This document shows, piece by piece, positions 59,990-64,000 of a stretch of 64,000 nucleotides of DNA. The position numbers and the translations under genes are program-made. Origin of the DNA: Nemertoderma westbladi (lineage: Eukaryota; Animalia; Xenacoelomorpha); assembly GCA_032718475.1 (NCBI GenBank), contig JAUCBJ010008796.1, positions 1 through 64,000 on the forward strand, written 5' to 3'. Within the stretch, counting starts at the first letter, position 1. Every line of letters starts with the position of its first letter. The notes beneath the pieces are model-generated. The model ran no database searches. It saw nothing but the letters and a program-made list of their open reading frames with translations, and was not told where the DNA came from.

Positions 59990-62900
59990 TGGATGAACAA
60001 CATGTGGAGATCTTACGTGCAGCGGAGGCGAGAAAGGATGCCGAGTGAGAAGAGGAGCGCAGTCGCAGAGTTGAGGCAAAACTGCAGGAGTTGGAAGACA
60101 CACGTAAGCGCAAGGAACTCAAACGCGAACGCAAAGAACGCGAACACAAACATAGGAAACTCGAATGCGAATTCGAAAGTGAAGAACGCAACGCAAGGAA
60201 TGTGAACTTGAACACGAATGGGAAGAATGCGAACTTGAACTCTAACGCGAACGTGAAGAACACAAACGCGAGGATAGGCAGATACAATGCAAAATTGAAC
60301 ATGAGCGTGAGCGACGATTGCTACGTGAGGAACAAGTGAACTTGAAGGCAGAAACCACTGCGAGAATTGCTAAGAAAGTAGAACAACGACAGTTAGCCAA
60401 ACTAGAAAGTGTGAGGTTAGACTAGACTTAGACAAGTACTCCGATCGCGAAACCGTTTTCTGCATATCGCATACCTGTTGGTATTAGTGCCTCACTGATT
60501 GCACAAGGTCTGCGCTATCAAGAGGATGCTTCAAGGTTAGAATATTACTGCGACTCAGACGAGATGATAGAAGAAACTCCAAGAGGACAAAGATTGGACA
60601 AACCAAAACCAAGGGTTTGGAATCTGCCAATGGATTATGTCAGACCAGTTCGAGAGAAAACTTCCGAGTTAAACCGGAGGAAGGATCTTATGAAAGGAAA
60701 CATCTTAGCCAAATAGAGCCAACAACAAAATTGAGTCAGGAATTTGTCACAAGAGAGAAGATGAGCGCTGGTATAGTGCAAGCTATAGCCCCGCACATCC
60801 AACCTATTACGGATATACTAAGCAACCTACAACTGATATATGCTGCTCAACTAAAGACTGATTTTAATCCGAGTAGACAAGAACAAGGTAGAGCCCAGTC
60901 TGGTGCACGAGTATGTATATCGGAGGCACAATTCTACAAAGACCTCAGGTAAGGACACCTGTTCCTACAATTTACAATCCCGATTTCTTGCACTCGGATG
61001 AAAGATTTATAGAAGGGGCTTGGATTAGAGCTTCAGGCTGTAAACCACTTCGAGATCAGGTAAGCAGTAGTGACTCGAGTGAGGAAGGCGAAGATTTAAG
61101 ATGGCAGAAATCCTATAACCGGAAGGGAGGAAGAACAATAGTCGAGCAGGTGAGTTAAACCCATGGGTGGGGGCCAAACTCGACAACCCTGCAGAGTTGA
61201 CTAACTTATTAACTAGGAATTATGCCACCCTCAGGGACATTGGTAAGTTTGCCGCCAGGCAGGGATTGCTGGCGCAACAACCCCAAAAGTTTATGGGCAA
61301 CCATAAACATTGGAGGAAGTTTAACACTTATGTCAATGAGCAGTTAACAAACAGTACCTTTACCCCCAATGAAAAATTAAATTACTTATTGCAAATGCTC
61401 CATCGTGAGCCAAGAGCCATTGCTGACAATTTCGTTGGAAACAAAAGGGCATCTGAACTAACAATGAGACCCTTAGCGACATCTATGGGAATAAGACCAA
61501 AATGGCACAATCAATAGTAGAGGATTTGGGGAAAGGTGGAAAAATCACAACACCTTTAGAACTGTTAAACTTGGCCAATGCCATTTCAAATGCCTTAGAT
61601 ATTTTAAAAACAGTGAATTTACCACACCATGGTGATCACGCTGAGGTTTTAAAGAGTATAATAAGACGCCTGAACATGTGTTATCAGCAAAAATGGCGAA
61701 AATTAGAGAACAGGTTGGAGGGTCAGGATAAGGTGTTAACACTAAGACATATTCATGATATGACAGCTAAGTCAAACTTCTCAGAAGTGAATATGAGAGA
61801 AACTAAACCTGCTTTGGGAAGGTCTATGGTAAGTTTCAATGAAGACAAACAGACTGTGACATTTAACTCGGTAGATAAATAGCGGAACAATAAATGGAGC
61901 GGAACAGCTGATCACACACCAAATATGGGAAACAAGACCAGCCGAGCCTTATGTCAATTTGCCACACGCCCACAGGACTATATTGGGTTGGTATACACGG
62001 CACACGCGTACCTATCGCATATGAGTTCCCAAGTGGCGACAAGCTAATCGATGTATACGATGACTCGCAAACTATACCTCAGACAGCACCTAACCCATGC
62101 AATTCCGTAGAACAAATGGATATAGACAATTTCAGAAGAACCTGTATCGATCATTACAGTGATTTTAGCAAATCAGAGGAAGAGTTATATCCTGGTAATG
62201 TGAAATTGTCAGAACCACTCTATAATGATCGAACAGACAGTGAACTCAAGGACTACTGTTATCAGACCCGTGGGTCTGGTTCAGTAGCTCACTTGACATA
62301 CTTAAGTAACGTCATCACATATACCAACAAAGTTGAAGGTCAGGTGGCGAAATATCGAGACCTCGATATTTTTCAATTAAGCAAAGAAGAATTGAATAAA
62401 GAACAGATTCGTCAAGACCTTGTGATGGGAGCTAGGACTATAGAATGGTTAAACAAGGATGCAATGGAACCTGGATGATACGATGTGACCATATCTGCAG
62501 ACAAGAAGAGATCTATAGAGATAATGGAAGATACTATACATCTTTTGCCAAGCGGACATTTTGAGGTCCAAATGTTGTGGCATCAACAGCCTCTAAAATT
62601 AGAAAATAATTACAGCCTGCCATTAAAACAATTGACTGGGGTGAGGGTGCGGCTGTTAAGGAATCAGGACATGAAGGAGAAATATTGCACTCAGATAAAC
62701 AATTATCTGACAAAGGGATTCGCCGGAAAGGTAGAGAACCCAGAGATTGAGTCCAACCAGACTTATCTCCCACATCACTACGTAACCTATCCAGATAAAC
62801 CTAACAAAGTCCGCATAGTAAATGATTACGCTTCAGTTTATAAGGGTATGTCCTTAAACTCGGAACTTATGGACAGTCCCAATCTGAATAACTATTTAAT

Positions 62901-64000
62901 CGGGATATTGGTAAGCTTCAGACAGCACCGATTTGCATTTACATGCGACATTGAGGCAATGTTTCATCAAGTGCGAGCCTGCAAGGCTGATCAGGACAGC
63001 CTCAGATTTCTCTGGTATGAGAACGAAGACTTATCAGGTCCAGTGGTTACATACCAGATGTATGTTAGGATATTCAGTGCTCGCAACAGCCCAAACGGCA
63101 TATTATTTGTTCTAAAGAAGACCGCAATGGCCCAAATTGGGAATTATCCGGCTGATGTCATTGAGTCGATCCTTAAGAACTTCTATATGGATGACGGATT
63201 AGTTTCCACGATTCGTAGATTAACTAATATATATAAAGTAACCGAAGTTATTTATATATTGGAGGATATTTAAAGGACAATAATGAAGGGATATATCCCT
63301 GAAGAGCCATGGAGAAGGTGAACCACAAAGGAGGATGCAGCACTGCCATTCGCCCGCCATGGCAACATTTATTACCATCAGCGATCTGTGGTGGAGCTAA
63401 ACACAGAAATAAACACAATTATGACAAGGGTATGAGAAAGGAGAGGTTAAAGGCGGTGGAAGATAGGATGGAAGTGTTGAGGCGGGAGTATAGAAGTCAA
63501 TATCCGTATGATTTCACTGCAGATATATATGATATAAGCGTAAACCCTGGTGAAGAGATTGCAAAGATGTATCATATGAACATGTTCTTATCACATGATG
63601 AACCCTTATCTGCCATAAGTGACCATTTCGATGGAATGCATTTGTATAGAAGGACGCGATGAGATGACGAGGAAATGCCAAAGGTCTTTAGCGTGTATAA
63701 ATTGTTCTATAAGTGCTGTGAATGCATGAACAAACAAGATGTTTCCATTCGTGATTGTGTGAATGAAGAAAGACCCGACCCAATATTGACACGGTGTAAA
63801 GCACATCAATTCCTCAGGAACAACAAAGGAGGATATTCAATGAGTAATCCGATGATAACCATAGATTTCAGCAGAAAGAAGCCACCAGCGCCTATTACAC
63901 CAAGGATTACGACTCCGGATCCTTATAGTGAGATTGGAACTCGTACTACTTCTGCTTTAGTGGAAATGACTGCTGCCATGTTGCTTTATCGAGCGTATAA
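59990..64000 (+). mobile_element. Degenerate BEL/Pao element D (gag, partial RT, then ORF2 homologue); no LTR seen
   Basis: PQKFMGNHKHWRKF...EKLNYLLQML; YLPHHYV..KVRIVND, DIEAMFHQV, LRFLW, NFYMDDGL; 63430-63830 similar to the ORF2 N-terminal domain of C. Confidence 0.88.

Overview
This is animal (invertebrate-like) genomic DNA, mostly intronic. Seven small + strand exons (TSP1 repeats at 13.0-13.8 kb, two short linker exons, Ig domains at 57-59.3 kb) splice in compatible phase, so a ~39.5 kb intron is filled with nested transposable elements. Four BEL/Pao LTR retrotransposons are present. A (1-7101, minus) and B (20681-29406) are pol-less, gag-derived elements. C (32073-52110) is a very young 20 kb element with near-identical 1.2 kb LTRs, a 5-bp TSD, a 2553-aa gag-pol ORF and a 1417-aa second ORF. 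D (~60-64 kb) is degenerate. There are also RTE-like, CRE and Crack/L2-like LINE pieces, a hAT-type MITE, tRNA-like SINE heads, a minimal hammerhead core and several satellites. The main candidate for a new system has three parts. (1) A, B and C have no tRNA primer-binding site; the 9-13 nt right after each 5' LTR are instead complementary to a segment inside the same LTR, with a different sequence in each element, which is the signature of Tf1-style self-priming. (2) ORF2 of C encodes a WRN/EXD-like DEDDy 3'-5' exonuclease plus zinc-binding domains rather than env, and its N-terminal domain has a homologue in D. (3) A duplicated, covarying RNA structure lies between pol and ORF2. All family assignments come from motif recognition by eye; no searches were run.
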